The position numbers were made by a program, and so were the translations under genes. From Phoronis australis (lineage: Eukaryota > Animalia > Phoronida), in the NCBI GenBank assembly GCA_002633005.1, contig NMRA01000054.1:574736-638735 (forward strand): a stretch of DNA of 64,000 nucleotides. The letters are read 5' to 3'. The notes under the pieces are model-generated. The model did not search any database, was not told the DNA's origin, and worked only from the letters and a program-made list of their open reading frames with translations. Positions 25,106 to 38,543 of this stretch are shown piece by piece (within the stretch, counting starts at the first letter, position 1; every line of letters starts with the position of its first letter).

Positions 25106-25992
25106 GACTTATATTCATTAGGTCACGTGATGTGGCCAACAGATGGAGTGCTGACAAGACTTAAAATGTTTGCAACATATTTTCCACACCATATTGAGAT
25201 TGACATATTCATATAAACTGACAGGTTGTTACTGCTTCAAACCAGGTCTGTTAATTAGCTCGTCACACTGGATTTAGTTTAAGTCGCCAAGACTATATGT
25301 CCATCGTGGGAATTCCAGGCAATAAAGGCAACTTAGTTCAATTCAAACAGGAACAGGACAGGAAAGTGCTTAGGAGGATAAGATACGGTTTGCGAAGAAA
25401 GATGACTTATTTAACATCAGAACACGGTATGCAGCAGCTAAGAAACAGTGACAACTAAACAATCAGGAAACCAGTGACCGACACAGGTAATGAAAAATGT
25501 AAATTGTGTCCATCGCCGACGTTGATGAAAGAGTCTATCATGAATGTTGTGACATCTGATGCAAGTCTCAAAGGAAGCAAATTGCCAGACCACTGATAAA
25601 ATATTCATTAGTTTCAAACAAAACTAGCTCCGAATTCTCCACGTGATGCTTGACAATGGTTCCACATCTATATATACATGAGTTAAGGTAGTCCATTACA
25701 ATATGGTAATTCTCCAATAATTTTCCACAAAATAACAGCTAAATAATATTTTCCCTGTTTGCAAAGGCGGATTACCGTGCTGCATCACCAAAAGTTGTTT
25801 TATGATAATACAAACCAAACTAATTATGGATTGTTTTCATAGAAAATCTAGAAAATTTCACTTGTCTACCATAATGTATTCTATATAGTTGATGAAGAGG
25901 GGTCCTTCAAGGCTCCACTCTAAAGTCTACCAGTTCACTGAGGTCTATGACCTTTCAGAGTGACAGTATAGGCAGGTCTGAAATTCACTCAC

Positions 25993-26114
25993 TCCCGCTA
26001 CGTCTCCCCCTTGCTTGCACTCCACAGCTCTTGCGTGTATCAGGTTGGCCAGCCTACATATGTGTACACCATTATCCAGTACATCCATGAAGTTGTCCAC
26101 TCCAATTTCGATAC
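25993..26114 (-). CDS. GAS2: GAS2-family protein, exon 2 (CH domain)
   Basis: cag acceptor, GTGAGT donor, 122 nt; IEIGVDNFMDVLDNGVHICRLANLI. Confidence 0.95.
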
Positions 26115-27894
26115 CTGTCATGGAAATGTGATGAGTCAAACGTGACATATTAGAAAATTGACCCGTTTCATTGCACCTTGTACTTCAACAATACATCTGT
26201 ACAAGTCCCACTATCATTAAGAGGCATGGAAAACTGATCTAATGTCTTATCGTGTGGGGTAGAGCAATTACCCCAGTAGCGATGGCTTCCACAATGATAG
26301 GACACAGCCTAATATAAATTAAATAAATCATGGTGAATTTTTTAACTGTTTGACTGCTGAAATTGAATTCCATACGAAGCATTTGTTAGGATCATTGTTG
26401 TGGAAAGCCAATGCTGCAAAAAATTAGCCAAAATAGATCCACCAGGTTTCAGTTATCTGACGTCCATTGATAAATGGTTTTAGTAACTCTTTGAACCTGG
26501 CCTCTAGGTTTATGTACTTAGTAGACATCAATATTCTTTAAAAGTTCATCTGAGTACTTCAGTCTGCTGTGATGAAAGTCATGATAACATTTACATACAA
26601 ACTGTAGTCCACATGTTTGGACTGTCCTTCAGTTAATGGGAACAGTGGAGCCACCCAAAGGCCATTAACGGAATAATACAAATACAATTATGAATAGACA
26701 TAACACATCTGACTGCCCATTTGTGAAGGCATTTGTTATAAAATCAATAGCTATGACACCAGTTTCTAACCAAACAGTGCAAGTAACTAACTGTATTTTT
26801 TGGTAACAACAATTGGAAAGCATTTGAAAAAGCAGTGGAAATTGTAACATTATCATGAAAACACATTCAAATTTTACCTTTACTACATATCTTGTTTTCA
26901 CAAGTAATTTTTCTTAAACTGGCTATGACGTTCATCCATCGCAAAAACAAACTTCTGATTTAGTCCACTTACCACTACGAAATTAGTCTCAAAAATTTTC
27001 CTCAATCAAATCAGAGGTGATATCAGGGCTTATTACAACGAACTCCAGTTTAGAACGTATTTCAGACGACACCAGTTTTCAGAGGCCTGATATCAATCTT
27101 TCTTTTGTTAGTTGCCAGGCTCAGTCTTTTGTCCGATGTCACGACACAAACGCCAATTATCTATCACATTAATGTAAACACGAACGACTCAAAACTGTTG
27201 TCAAGAAATAAAAACCCATGGCATGGTTATGGCCAATTTTTATCCTATTGCTTCTACGAAAGAAGGATTCTGCATGTCCAACTTTTCATGAGGAATTTGA
27301 TTTCAAAAGCTTAACATGTTAAAAAATTACCAGTTTATTTCCTTAACATTTCAATTTATTTCAACTAGTATTTTATTGTTGCGAAGACATCGCTAACATG
27401 ATAAATGCCCTGTACAGCACAATAGGAGCTTACATTAAAAATCATGATATAAGGGCGGGCACTGACACCAGTTCATGTAGAGAAACATTGTACAACTGCA
27501 AGACACCCCTGAACGGCCCGGTTTCCTAATGTTCGAAAGAACTGACAATTCATTATTGTTCCAGACTAGGCTGTACAAGTTGACATGTCGCAGCGTGTCA
27601 TTTAAAGCGCCGAGCATGCTCTCCAGAAATTATGAACTGCCAGTTCATTGCAAACCAAGAAATCATTTCTCATCTATAGCAGCAAGTGATCTAAATAAAA
27701 AAATTGCATTTTGGACCAAACACAAGTTTACCGCTGATTTAATGAATCAGTTTTGGACTAACTATATTACATTGATACTTCCTAACTTGCATATTTCCAA
27801 CACTTTTGAAACATTTTCAGCAGACAGAGTGGTGGTTGAATCCCATTTGACCATTTGCTGTTACTGTTACCAACAATGAAAAACTTGAAATCAC

Positions 27895-28015
27895 CCAGTA
27901 ACTTGGCCATCCATTCAGCGAGATCCTCCTTGAGGGGTACTAGGCACCTCTCCTGTTGCTCTGCGGCCATCCGCTGCATGTCACTGCCATCCTCACCAGT
28001 CTGTGGCATGCTCAT
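27895..28015 (-). CDS. GAS2: GAS2-family protein, first coding exon (start of CH domain)
   Basis: Acceptor at 28031-28033, first ATG at 28015 (start codon inferred), ...LVPLKEDLAEWMAKLL, GTGA donor, phase 1. KEDLAEW is diagnostic of the GAS2 family. Confidence 0.9.
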
Positions 28016-28620
28016 CCCCTGCTGGACACCCTGCAGGCAATATGAATTCAATCAGAGGCAAGGCAATTATATTAATCAAATTTGTGATTGTCTTGAAATT
28101 CCAAAATGGGAAATTAGTTGAGTGTGTGCATTCAGGCAAATATCTACAAAACTGTATTGATTTCAACTTAAGTAAAAGTATGTATTTTGTAGAATTTTAT
28201 TTTTTAGTTAGTGTCATTAACAGGATCATGTGATCATGTTATTTAAATAAAATTAAGCAGAAAAGAAGATACATTGATAGAAAAACAAATATATCAATAA
28301 CTTCGTTTGACTAAAATGTTCAAGGTAAAGTTTCAAAAATGCTATTAGTATTCTAAATCATCACTTTTGTTTCATGCAATTTTTGAATTTGTTTCTTAAT
28401 AGTCATAAAAAGTCCTATTTTATTGAGAGCCCCTCATGCATAAGTGGGTCATTTTGGTGCAAGAAGCACAGCATCTGAAAATTTCATATGAATGGGATCA
28501 GCCATTTTTGAGATATGATGTCAGCCATGAGTTTGCCTTTTTTTTCTGGGGTACTACAAAACATTAAGCTCAAATTTCTTTCTTCATAGTGTCAAATTTT
28601 GTCAATCATGAAATAAGCTA

Positions 28621-29603
28621 CCGTAAACGTTCGGGTTAATGCCCATGCTCAGTTAACCGCCCACCCCCTACTTTAGGTGGATTTTCGATTTAACCGCCCA
28701 CTGCTCGGTTAAGCGCCCCCCTGCGATTTTTGAAGATTTCCAATTAAGCGCCCACCTCTCGGTTAAGCGTCCATCCCCGACTTTTAAAGAATGAAGATTT
28801 AGCGCCCAGTGCTAAGGAAACGCGGGATTCCCCGACTTGTAGAAAAAGATCGATGATCACAATGAGCGCAACGACGCCGGGCCTCCGAGACGGTGGTTTA
28901 GCAATTTGAATTGCAATTATAAAAGTAACGAGTTATTGTCTTGGGTCATGGACTCACTTCAAAATATAATACTTGAACGTTTTTGTCACTTTATTTTCTT
29001 CCCATGTTTGCAAAGTTTAAGAACGCCGCCGGCGTCAAAACCTCCGCTTTCAGCGACTNNNNNNNNNNNNNNNNNNNNNNNNNNNNNNNNNNNNNNNNNN
29101 NNNNNNNNNNNNNNNNNNNNNNNNNNNNNNNNNNNNNNNNNNNNNNNNNNNNNNNNNNNNNNNNNNNNNNNNNNGCGCACTTTAGCAAGATGAAATAGTT
29201 GCAATCCAAGTAGAGGCTGCGTGGTCACTGGTCGTCTGCGCTCTACACTACAGGGCTAAATAACAAGACCGCAGGACGGCACGGGGCTATTACTCAGCAA
29301 TTCTGTAAATTTAATAGTGAATGACTAATCTGAGGGCATGATAACCTTTGTTAGGATCATACGCTGTTATGACATTTTTCCCGTCATGTGGCGACGTGAC
29401 GATAACGCTCTTTGAAAAGTGCTACGCGTTCCGAGTAGGCCTACGACTACGTGTGTGGTGTGGGTACTTAGATCACGAGGTAAGATTAACCGCCCAGGGC
29501 GCTTGCCTGTCATAATAAGCGCCCATGTTCGGTTAACCGCCCACCCTAGATTTTTTGGGTTTGCCAATTTAACCGCCCAGGGCGTTAACCCGAACATTTA
29601 CGG
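28621..29603. mobile_element. TA-flanked non-autonomous TIR transposon (Tc1/mariner/pogo-like), family A copy 1, spanning a gap
   Basis: TA-CCGTAAACGTTCGGGTTAATGCCC...GGGCGTTAACCCGAACATTTACGG-TA; highly similar to 51551-53354. Confidence 0.92.
29059..29174. other. Assembly gap
   Basis: Run of N. Confidence 1.
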
Positions 29604-32099
29604 TAATTAACCCAACAGAACTTGACAAAACAACGAAGGGCTAGGTCACATCAAGGTGGTTCTCAGTTACTATGATCATGAAAACGGGGGGGGGGAGGGG
29701 ATGAATGGGAACTGAAGACGGGTTGTCATCAGATCAAGAATCTTGAAGACATTCATGCATAAGATGGTCTCAGGTGTTCTGTAACGAGTTTGGTGCAGCC
29801 GGGACATTAGAAATACACATACTATATAACTTTTTAGTGTTAATTGACAGATCACAAAAGCATCTTTTGCTTGATCTAATTTCTAACTGTTGTGTGCAAG
29901 ACAGGACTACAATGTCAGGGAAGAAATGTGATTTCTTTCATTCAAGGATGTTTTGAGACGGTGAACATTTTTTATGTATCGTTGAATATCCCAACTCACA
30001 ATGGTCACAAAAATTAAAAACAAAAAGCTGGGGAATATACTACTGCATTACATCCATTCAGGAACGCAGAATGCTGTCCACCAAATATGGTTATCGCCAT
30101 CGACTGACAAGGATTATTTCATCATGGCCACACTATATCGGAAAACTGCTATCGGTTTCAACTTGTTAACAGTAGACAGCATACTGTAAGTGAACAGAAG
30201 CTATCCAAGTCTTGAAGAGCTGTTAGTATGTAAGCCAGACTATAAGAAGAAAGCTCAAATGGTGCATTTCTGATACCCCATTCACAAACTAGCTAAAACG
30301 CCAGCATTTTGCTGCACCTTCTGTAGTTCCGAAAACATTACAGTAATTATGTGAATGATTACAAGTGTCATTTTTGTTGGCACTTTGCCAGCAGTTTGAG
30401 TAATCACATAACTACAGGCGTTTTCGTTAGCATTTTTGCAACCAGACCACTTACTTCAAAGAACACATATGCGTAAGGGTAAGAGGCCTCGTTTATCCTC
30501 GCTTTAATTTATGGTAGGCAGTGAACCAGATTTGACATCAATTTTCAAAGTGATTCAGGTGGTGAGAAAATGAATTCCTTCGCAGACTGCTCATTTGTCT
30601 GGCTGAAACACTAGTTTTCGCAAGCCCTTTTCGTGAAACTGCTAGCGTTATTGCCAGTCATTTAAACCTACAGCAGCGGAAAATTGAAATACGCTGCATC
30701 ACAACCAGGCTATAGTGGCTTTGAAGGACAAATGTTCACCTGAATTCATATACCTGTGATGCTGATGAAAAAAATTAATAAATACTTCAACGAGTGAGTA
30801 ATTGGCGCTTTTTTCCTCTGTAGTCAATTACCACTGTTATGCAGTGGGATCGCATATGAAAGACTAGCAAAAAAGCATATACTACAGAATGCATGCATGT
30901 TACCAGAAATTATCCTTCATTTTGGTCAACTCAGTCCAATGTCCACCCAGTTTTTCAGATCAGGTCAAGCAGAAGTCATTTTCCAGCTTCCACAACCTTA
31001 ATAAGTTCAAAGTTAGAGGCTTGCTATCGAATAATGATGTCTGAGGGAGAGTAAATAATTGCTGGCAATCGGAATAAATCGTCCTGGAATAATATGTGAT
31101 TCACTCTTAATCAAAGTTATCCCAGCAGTATCTCAACATGACCAAAGATATCCTCACAAACGAACAGGAAAAAACACAAAATCTTTGTTAGATTCAAAAG
31201 CTGCCTTGTCTCAGAACAACACATGGTACATGGCAAAACTTCATCTGCTATAAGCCTACTTGATCAGGCAAGATCAATTTAAAAGTTGATCTCTGAAAGG
31301 GCTTTCAAGACTTTAGGAACAATAAGTGTAGCGTCACTCCAAAGTAGACGAAATAATAGGAGGATTTAATTGAGTCAACATTTTACAATATGATAAAATT
31401 AAGTCACAAACATATAGGCATGCAAACCTCCATATGTCCAGAGCAGTGAACTACATAATCTCTGAGATCTGATTATTTTATCAATTCTAGTAAATTACAT
31501 AACAATAACCATAACCATGACACTATAGGGGAAAAACCAGACAACTAATGGTGAATATCTCTTCTATTACACAACCTGCATATGGGTTGTTTTACATATA
31601 AAGAGCATTTTACCATGGGATTCAACTGAACACATTTAAAAGCAACTTTCAGCTAGACTAAATAAATAAATAATGATTACAACCAAATATAGCCCCAATA
31701 TAGAAATTCAATTTCTAAAATGGTTTTGCGACAATTAAATCTAAAAAGACGTTAAACGTTCACAACAGATTTACTGCCAAAACCCCATAAATTTCCAAGT
31801 TATTTTTTGGTAGAACCGACTTCCTGAAGTTCTTAGCTTTGAAAAGAGGTATGAAATGGCAAAATCCATCACTTTTGTGATTAATTGTAAAACATTGATT
31901 CCTCACTAAGGCTTCCAATCAGAGTAGAAATCGAGGCGGTGACCTCATCAGCTGTTTTGTTGCTAGATGACATAAAAATGGCCAGAGTGGGTAATGTATT
32001 GCTGATCAAATCCGATGTTAAAAAGTCAAGAGCTAATCTCATTCAAGTGTATGTGAGAAAAAACTGCGAAGAGCCAAAGCATGTTGGTAACCATCCCAG

Positions 32100-32485
32100 A
32101 ATACGCATTTCTTCATTAACACAAACTTCGTAGAAAAGGCCACTAATTTTTTTTGTTCTAAAGCTTGATACAGATTGGCTTGTACTATCGCAACAATTTC
32201 CTTTCTTCAGGTGTGCAGCTATAAAGAAAAACACCAAGAGACATATCAAACAAACAATTAAAACACTAGGCAATAAGTGAAATGAACATATACGTAGGTA
32301 AATAAACAGTGAAATACACATGAGACTGGGAAGAGGGGCTTACAAGTAGTGCATGAATGTATCACATGGTGGTTTGCTATATATATGCACACCTGAAGAA
32401 AGAGATTGTTCCGACACTACAAGCGAATCAGTATCAAGCTTTCAAAAAGAAAATTAGTCATATTTTCAATGAAGAATACGCATTT
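32100..32485. mobile_element. Penelope-like terminal-repeat fragment with inverted partial copy
   Basis: 32140-32217 is inverted relative to 32387-32460 and contains a CTGAAGA core. It is homologous to 55540-55745. Confidence 0.55.
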
Positions 32486-32984
32486 GGGAATGAAAACAAG
32501 TGCTGGACTGCTACGAGAAATGTATTGAGAACATTTCCAGACATGTAGAGGTCATTCGGGAAGACAGCCAGGAATAGCTTCACATTTCAGCTTAGTGTTA
32601 GCCTAAATTTTTTTGAACAGTTCACAATGTTTCCAGATTTCATCCAATTACGTAACCAATTAAATTCCTGGTTAACGGCTCTTACATACTGACTTAACTC
32701 TGGTCTGAGCGGAGCGTTGATGTAAACTGTGAAGTTAACTGAACCGTTCAAACCAGCTTCGGTAGGTAACGGACATTGAAGTAAACGGACATCGAAGTAA
32801 ACAGTAGGTGACGCTGTTGTCATCGAAGCAATCGCAAGGTAGCACTTAGTGGCCACTGGTGATAATTTCGATGGGACCGAACTTGACTGTTCATACTGCA
32901 TCGCAGTGTCCACGATCCAGGACTGAAGTAAACCGTTCATACTGACTGTAACTCCCCAAAACATCGATGCCTCGACGTTTGTAT

Positions 32985-33309
32985 GAAAACAGATCAAGTT
33001 TGAGTCTAATACTGGAATTAAAACTTACAAAAATTAGCGACGTTGCATCTGCATCTTACGGACTTCAGCTTGGCTTGTGACGTTATCGTTATTCTGGCCA
33101 ATTGATGGCGTTTTGGCTAAATGGCGCGGCATTGACATCGGTACACCATCCCATACGTGTGACAAATCGAATCGTAAATCGCCTCTTTTATTTAAAGAGG
33201 GACTCTCAATGCGCCACAAGCCAAGCTGAAGTCCGTGAGATGCTGACGCAACGTCACTAATTTTTGTAAGTTTTAATTCCAGTATTAGACTCAAACTTGA
33301 TCTGTTTTC
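32985..33309 (-). mobile_element. Penelope-like element 3' end with about 95-bp inverted arms
   Basis: Arms are 32985-33079 and 33215-33309. The loop encodes RIESPSLNKRGDLRFDLSHVWD on the minus strand, resembling the PSLNR-GG-LR C-terminus of Penelope GIY-YIG endonucleases. Confidence 0.7.
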
Positions 33310-34649
33310 TCAACTGGATGTTTCAAAATTTTCATGCTTTCATTTAGTATGAAAAGACCTTAAATCTCAAAATATTTCTAATTACCTCAGCCAGTCCCAT
33401 TGTACAATGTTGTTTTTTAAATGGTTAAATCTGCTTTGAAAACCAATAACCTGATAATTATGTATTGGGGGTAACTATTGCCAGAGTACTGTGTTTTTGA
33501 ACACAATGCCTGAACCCTCAAAGAACATGATTCCTGGCGTGTGAAAGCACAAAATATTGTGCATCTTTAGGTATGAATACATTGGGTAAAGTAGACAAAC
33601 CTCTTCAATGTTCAAATCTTCCAGTCACTCCATGATGATGATCAGATACCCAACAACAGTTGGGATTCCATATAAGAACAAGAGTGCAATCCAATTATTA
33701 ATAACATTGATTAAAATGCCAATAAACCCCTGGGCTTCACACAAGAAACTAACTTTCGATTTAAACCAAATTGGTCTCAACCAGTTCTTTATCCAGAGGA
33801 GAAGTGATTTTTGGTTGACTTGTGCAAAGAAGTGCTACTTGCCCGAGACAATATTCGGCGAATAAAACAACATGGCTTGGCAAGTCAACTTGAAAGAGCT
33901 GCATCTCAACCAATAACGTCAGATTCCAAGCTCAGTAATCACATGTGTTTTGACAAAGGAACAATTTGAGACCAATTTCATAATAGTAAGTGGTCTGAAT
34001 AACAAGTTGGTTTTTGTAATGCAAGGCAGCTTTATAATTGCTTTAAGCAGACCAACCTCCTCAGCAATCAACCTCTACTCATTCTATGATGTGTTGAAGG
34101 TCAAATCACCTCACAATAACTGACAAAAATGCAAAGCTGAACAGACTGCACTCAATTCCTATCTGGGAACCCACTGAGAAACCAGCACATCAAACCACTG
34201 ACCCACACACAACACAGAGCACCAGCGTCAGTCTGACAGCTTTTGATTAAAAATGAAGACAAAAAATCTATCACTACGTCAATAGAAGTCAGTTGGAAGG
34301 ACAAATGAAGGTTAAAATAATCGACAGGGGACACAGTGACTGATTTAGTGCGTAAGCAGTCGCTATTTCTAGTTTCCCAACTGATTTTAAGTCCATTCAA
34401 TGGATGGCTAGACCAGGAAATTATTTTCGCAATTTCACAAGCTCAACACCATTTCCATTTTCTACTATACATGAATCCACCATCAATAATTTAAAGAGAC
34501 TCTGAAATACAATAAAAAAATAACACGGTTTTGTTTTTTGGTTGGGCTGCATAATGCTAAGAATTAGTGATGAAATTTGATACCAAATTGTTATTTATAA
34601 TATAATTCATTAGCGTAACTGCATAGGTTGGTTGCCTAAGTACGTTGTA

Positions 34650-34728
34650 CATGGGCAGGGCAGCGCAGCACTAAAAAAGTGGGGGCTATTGCCCCCTAGC
34701 TCCCTGTGCAAGTGGTGCACTGCCCATG
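34650..34728. mobile_element. 79-bp mini-MITE with 5-bp TSD
   Basis: CATGGGCAG...CTGCCCATG, flanked by TTGTA on both sides. Confidence 0.8.
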
Positions 34729-34777
34729 TTGTACAGCACTTTCACTCAACAGGCCAAACTCATATCATAACACGACT

Positions 34778-37476
34778 TAAACATCGGATTTTTGTCCCGC
34801 GACTTTCGGACAAGGAAAATTTTTAGAAACGGTAATTTGGGATCGACGCAACTCCCGTGTCACTAAAGCGTTCAACGGATGATTACTACTGTATACGGCT
34901 TGAGTCCGAGAATCAGTATAACGGGTTTGTAATTTTTACCTTGTCTTGACGATGTCACGACCGTTACTCGATTGTCTTGCGTTTAGCTTGTGTTTGGCGC
35001 TTTACTGAGCTATGATTAGAATCACCGAGTTCCGCATGACGAAAATTTCTGATGAAAATACAAATAGCAAATACACCGAAGGCTGCAACTTTTTGTTGTA
35101 GCGTAACATGGGCTCTTGTTTAATTAGGCCATGCTGTTCGACTTCCGACTGTGACATTGAACTTGCACGCCTGACATCAACTTGCGTGTTTACGAAACGT
35201 TTTTTATTTTTAAAACGTCCTGGCCTTTGCGAATGCCCTTGTTAGTGGCTAAAATCTCCCGACGATGTGTCCGGATTTTATTCTTGACCTGATGAGAAAT
35301 AATTTTTTGTTTAGGCCCCCATACACAATAGGCCAAAGCTAAGTCTGTCCGTAGGATATCGCGCGTTCAAAGTAGTGTAGATAGTGAACAGCAGCAGCCG
35401 AATGAGACGGAGCCAAAGTAAAGCTGGTTAAAAATCAAACATAGTGCAAGGCCCGGCACTCAGAAAGGGGCGCGGCGCACACGCAATTGTTACAGAGACA
35501 TTGCATCCCTGTNNNNNNNNNNNNNNNNNNNNNNNNNNNNNNNNNNNNNNNNNNNNNNNNNNNNNNNNNNNNNNNNNNNNNNNNNNNNNNNNNNNNNNNN
35601 NNNNNNNNNNNNNNNNNNNNNNNNNNNNNNNNNNNNNNNNNNNNNNNNNNNNNNNNNNNNNNNNNNNNNNNNNNNNNNNNNNNNNNNNNNNNNNNNNNNN
35701 NNNNNNNNNNNNNNNNNNNNNNNNNNNNNNNNNNNNNNNNNNNNNNNNNNNNNNNNNNNNNNNNNNNNNNNNNNNNNNNNNNNNNNNNNNNNNNNNNNNN
35801 NNNNNNNNNNNNNNNNNNNNNNNNNNNNNNNNNNNNNNNNNNNNNNNNNNNNNNNNNNNNNNNNNNNNNNNNNNNNNNNNNNNNNNNNNNNNNNNNNNNN
35901 NNNNNNNNNNNNNNNNNNNNNNNNNNNNNNNNNNNNNNNNNNNNNNNNNNNNNNNNNNNNNNNNNNNNNNNNNNNNNNNNNNNNNNNNNNNNNNNNNNNN
36001 NNNNNNNNNNNNNNNNNNNNNNNNNNNNNNNNNNNNNNNNNNNNNNNNNNNNNNNNNNNNNNNNNNNNNNNNNNNNNNNNNNNNNNNNNNNNNNNNNNNN
36101 NNNNNNNNNNNNNNNNNNNNNNNNNNNNNNNNNNNNNNNNNNNNNNNNNNNNNNNNNNNNNNNNNNNNNNNNNNNNNNNNNNNNNNNNNNNNNNNNNNNN
36201 NNNNNNNNNNNNNNNNNNNNNNNNNNNNNNNNNNNNNNNNNNNNNNNNNNNNNNNNNNNNNNNNNNNNNNNNNNNNNNNNNNNNNNNNNNNNNNNNNNNN
36301 NNNNNNNNNNNNNNNNNNNNNNNNNNNNNNNNNCTTTCTAGACAACGCCCTTATATATACAATATGTTAGTTAATCGTGTCTTCAGCCGCGCAGCACTGT
36401 GCTAGTCGACGCATTCCCATCGTTTGCAGTAGGCGTAAACATGTAGAACGACAGCGCTTCTTCAACAATTCAGACGACTACCAGGACGACAACTGGGGAT
36501 CACGAGTTGATGAGAAACTACTCGTTTTGTTATCATGATTGTCTTTGTAATCTATTTTGGGTAATTGTTCAATCGAAGTTTTCATGTTGAAACTGAGCTT
36601 TCAGTTAATATGGAAATAAACGCGTCAGAGTTAACTTGCGTTTCGGTTTGTAACCAGCAGACAATGCATGGATACGTTTAACAAACATAAATATATGCTA
36701 TGTTCTTGTCATTGTTCGTCACTTTCTTCATTGAACTCGTTCCCACATCCATTACTGTTACGTTTAATGCAAAATTCGTTAAAATTGAGAAAGCGCATGT
36801 TTTGATGGTCAGGAACCCTCTTTGTGCATCGAATACTCAAGTCCAGCTTTTTATTGGGAAACCATGCGTTGACAGCGCAAAGTCGACATTTTTTTGTTGA
36901 GAAAACGCATTTTTACAAAAGAGAATCGGTTGTCTGTAATGTTTCATGTGCGTCAACAACGCAAACCAGACCCACTCATTGAAAAGCCCATATTTGTCAC
37001 CAGGAAGACTCTTCACAACGCAGCCCGATATTTCAAGTGAGATAGCGCAGTTTTGAAAAGATTCCATCACTTGCCGAGAACGGTTTTTGAGCATCGGCAA
37101 TGCAAGCCGAATATTTCATATTGAGAAAGCACATCTTTGAAAAGAAGAACCAACACTAGTTGGGAACGGTCTTTGTGCGTCGACGGCACACATTTCTTAT
37201 TGGGAAAGCCAGATTTTCAAAAATTAATCGCTCAGACCATTTGAGTCTCCTTTACCTGTAATTATACTGCTATCAAATGACCGAGTCAGCAATGTTGATA
37301 CTACGACCGCTCATCGAAATAATGTACACCCACGAAATTCGGACACTAGCGGAAACCCAAATTTGGAGGTCCGCCAAATTCGGCACCACAGAAATGATGT
37401 TTTGCGAGATTCGTCCAAGAATGATTTTTTTCTATTGGAATTAATTTTCGTGTCCGAAAATCATGCGACTTTACCG
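34778..37476. mobile_element. TIR DNA transposon family B copy 1 (left end missing, spans a gap)
   Basis: 34778-34890 matches 58834-58944 and 36335-37220 matches 59016-59905. Right end is GTCCGAAAATCATGCGACTTTACCG-TA. Confidence 0.8.
35513..36333. other. Assembly gap
   Basis: Run of N. Confidence 1.
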
Positions 37477-38543
37477 TAGGGTTCCCCTATTTTGGGAACC
37501 AGCTTTCTTCATTAAAAAACAGGCATCAAACTGGTTCTCAAAATCTGGGACCCCAGCTGTGAGCGACTATTACTCCAATTACCACAAGTACTCAAGTACC
37601 CATACTTGGCGAAGTCTTAATTCATATTTTTCATATTTATGTCGAAAGTAAGAAGAAAATGACAATTTATTTTAAGTTATTAACTATTATAATCTAGCTT
37701 AGAACTCACATTGGTGTCACCAACATCCATCTCTAGTCCCACGGCCTAGGAGCTAGGACTTCGTCAGCAGTTCATCACATGCAAGCCATTACATATTACC
37801 AATCCAGCAGGCATGCACAACTAATCTGCAATTAAAAACAGTCAGTGTAAACATCTGGCCAAGGGTCAGCCTTAATTCATTTCCATAAAATCTCACCAGT
37901 TTAGGACATAACATGGCCGGCAGGTGATTATATTTATCATTTTTAAAGATCTACACCACAGCAATCATTAGATAATGATTAACAGAAATTGTGGGCAACC
38001 CCTAACACCCTTAGAAGCTTTAAGTGAAAAAAGTTGGGAATTATTTATGTCTGTAAATTGGTGACATTTTAGGGTAATTGTTCACAAAATAGAACTGGTT
38101 TGAATACACAGACACCTAAAAACATCTGCGTATTCCAGATGTAAGACTATTAGTACATGGACACATCAACGTTATAATAACCTCGTGCCAGGTTAACGCT
38201 CATGTTCAGCAAAATGCCCATCGCTGAAATTTCCAAACTGCACTATTAAATGCCCACATTTAGTTTAGCACCCAACAACAGTTTACACGACCAAGATTTC
38301 CTTGAATGTGCCAATGTCTTCATGAACACCAAATCATGGGAAATTTAATAACCAAATGCACGCAACACACTGAAAGGGAACACCACACCACATTTGGGCT
38401 GCAAAATACCCATTTACTGAAGGGAACATGAAATAGATCTTTTACTCAATTGGTGAATTCCCCAATAAAAGTGACCACAAATCACATTGTTGGAATGTAG
38501 GCTTCTAACAGTCAGATTAGTCTGACTTAGGGTTGGACTGTAG

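Noticed and set aside
32587-32997. 136-aa minus-strand ORF
   Set aside because: No recognisable motif; it abuts the Penelope-like fold-back and is probably non-coding element sequence.
34940-35040. Upstream coding exon of GAS2
   Set aside because: In-frame TGA close to the donor, and it lies within a transposon copy; at most a UTR exon.
35428-36370. ORFs of about 300 aa in the ORF track
   Set aside because: Almost entirely N-run artefacts; the same applies to the ORFs across the 29.1-kb and 41.5-kb gaps.
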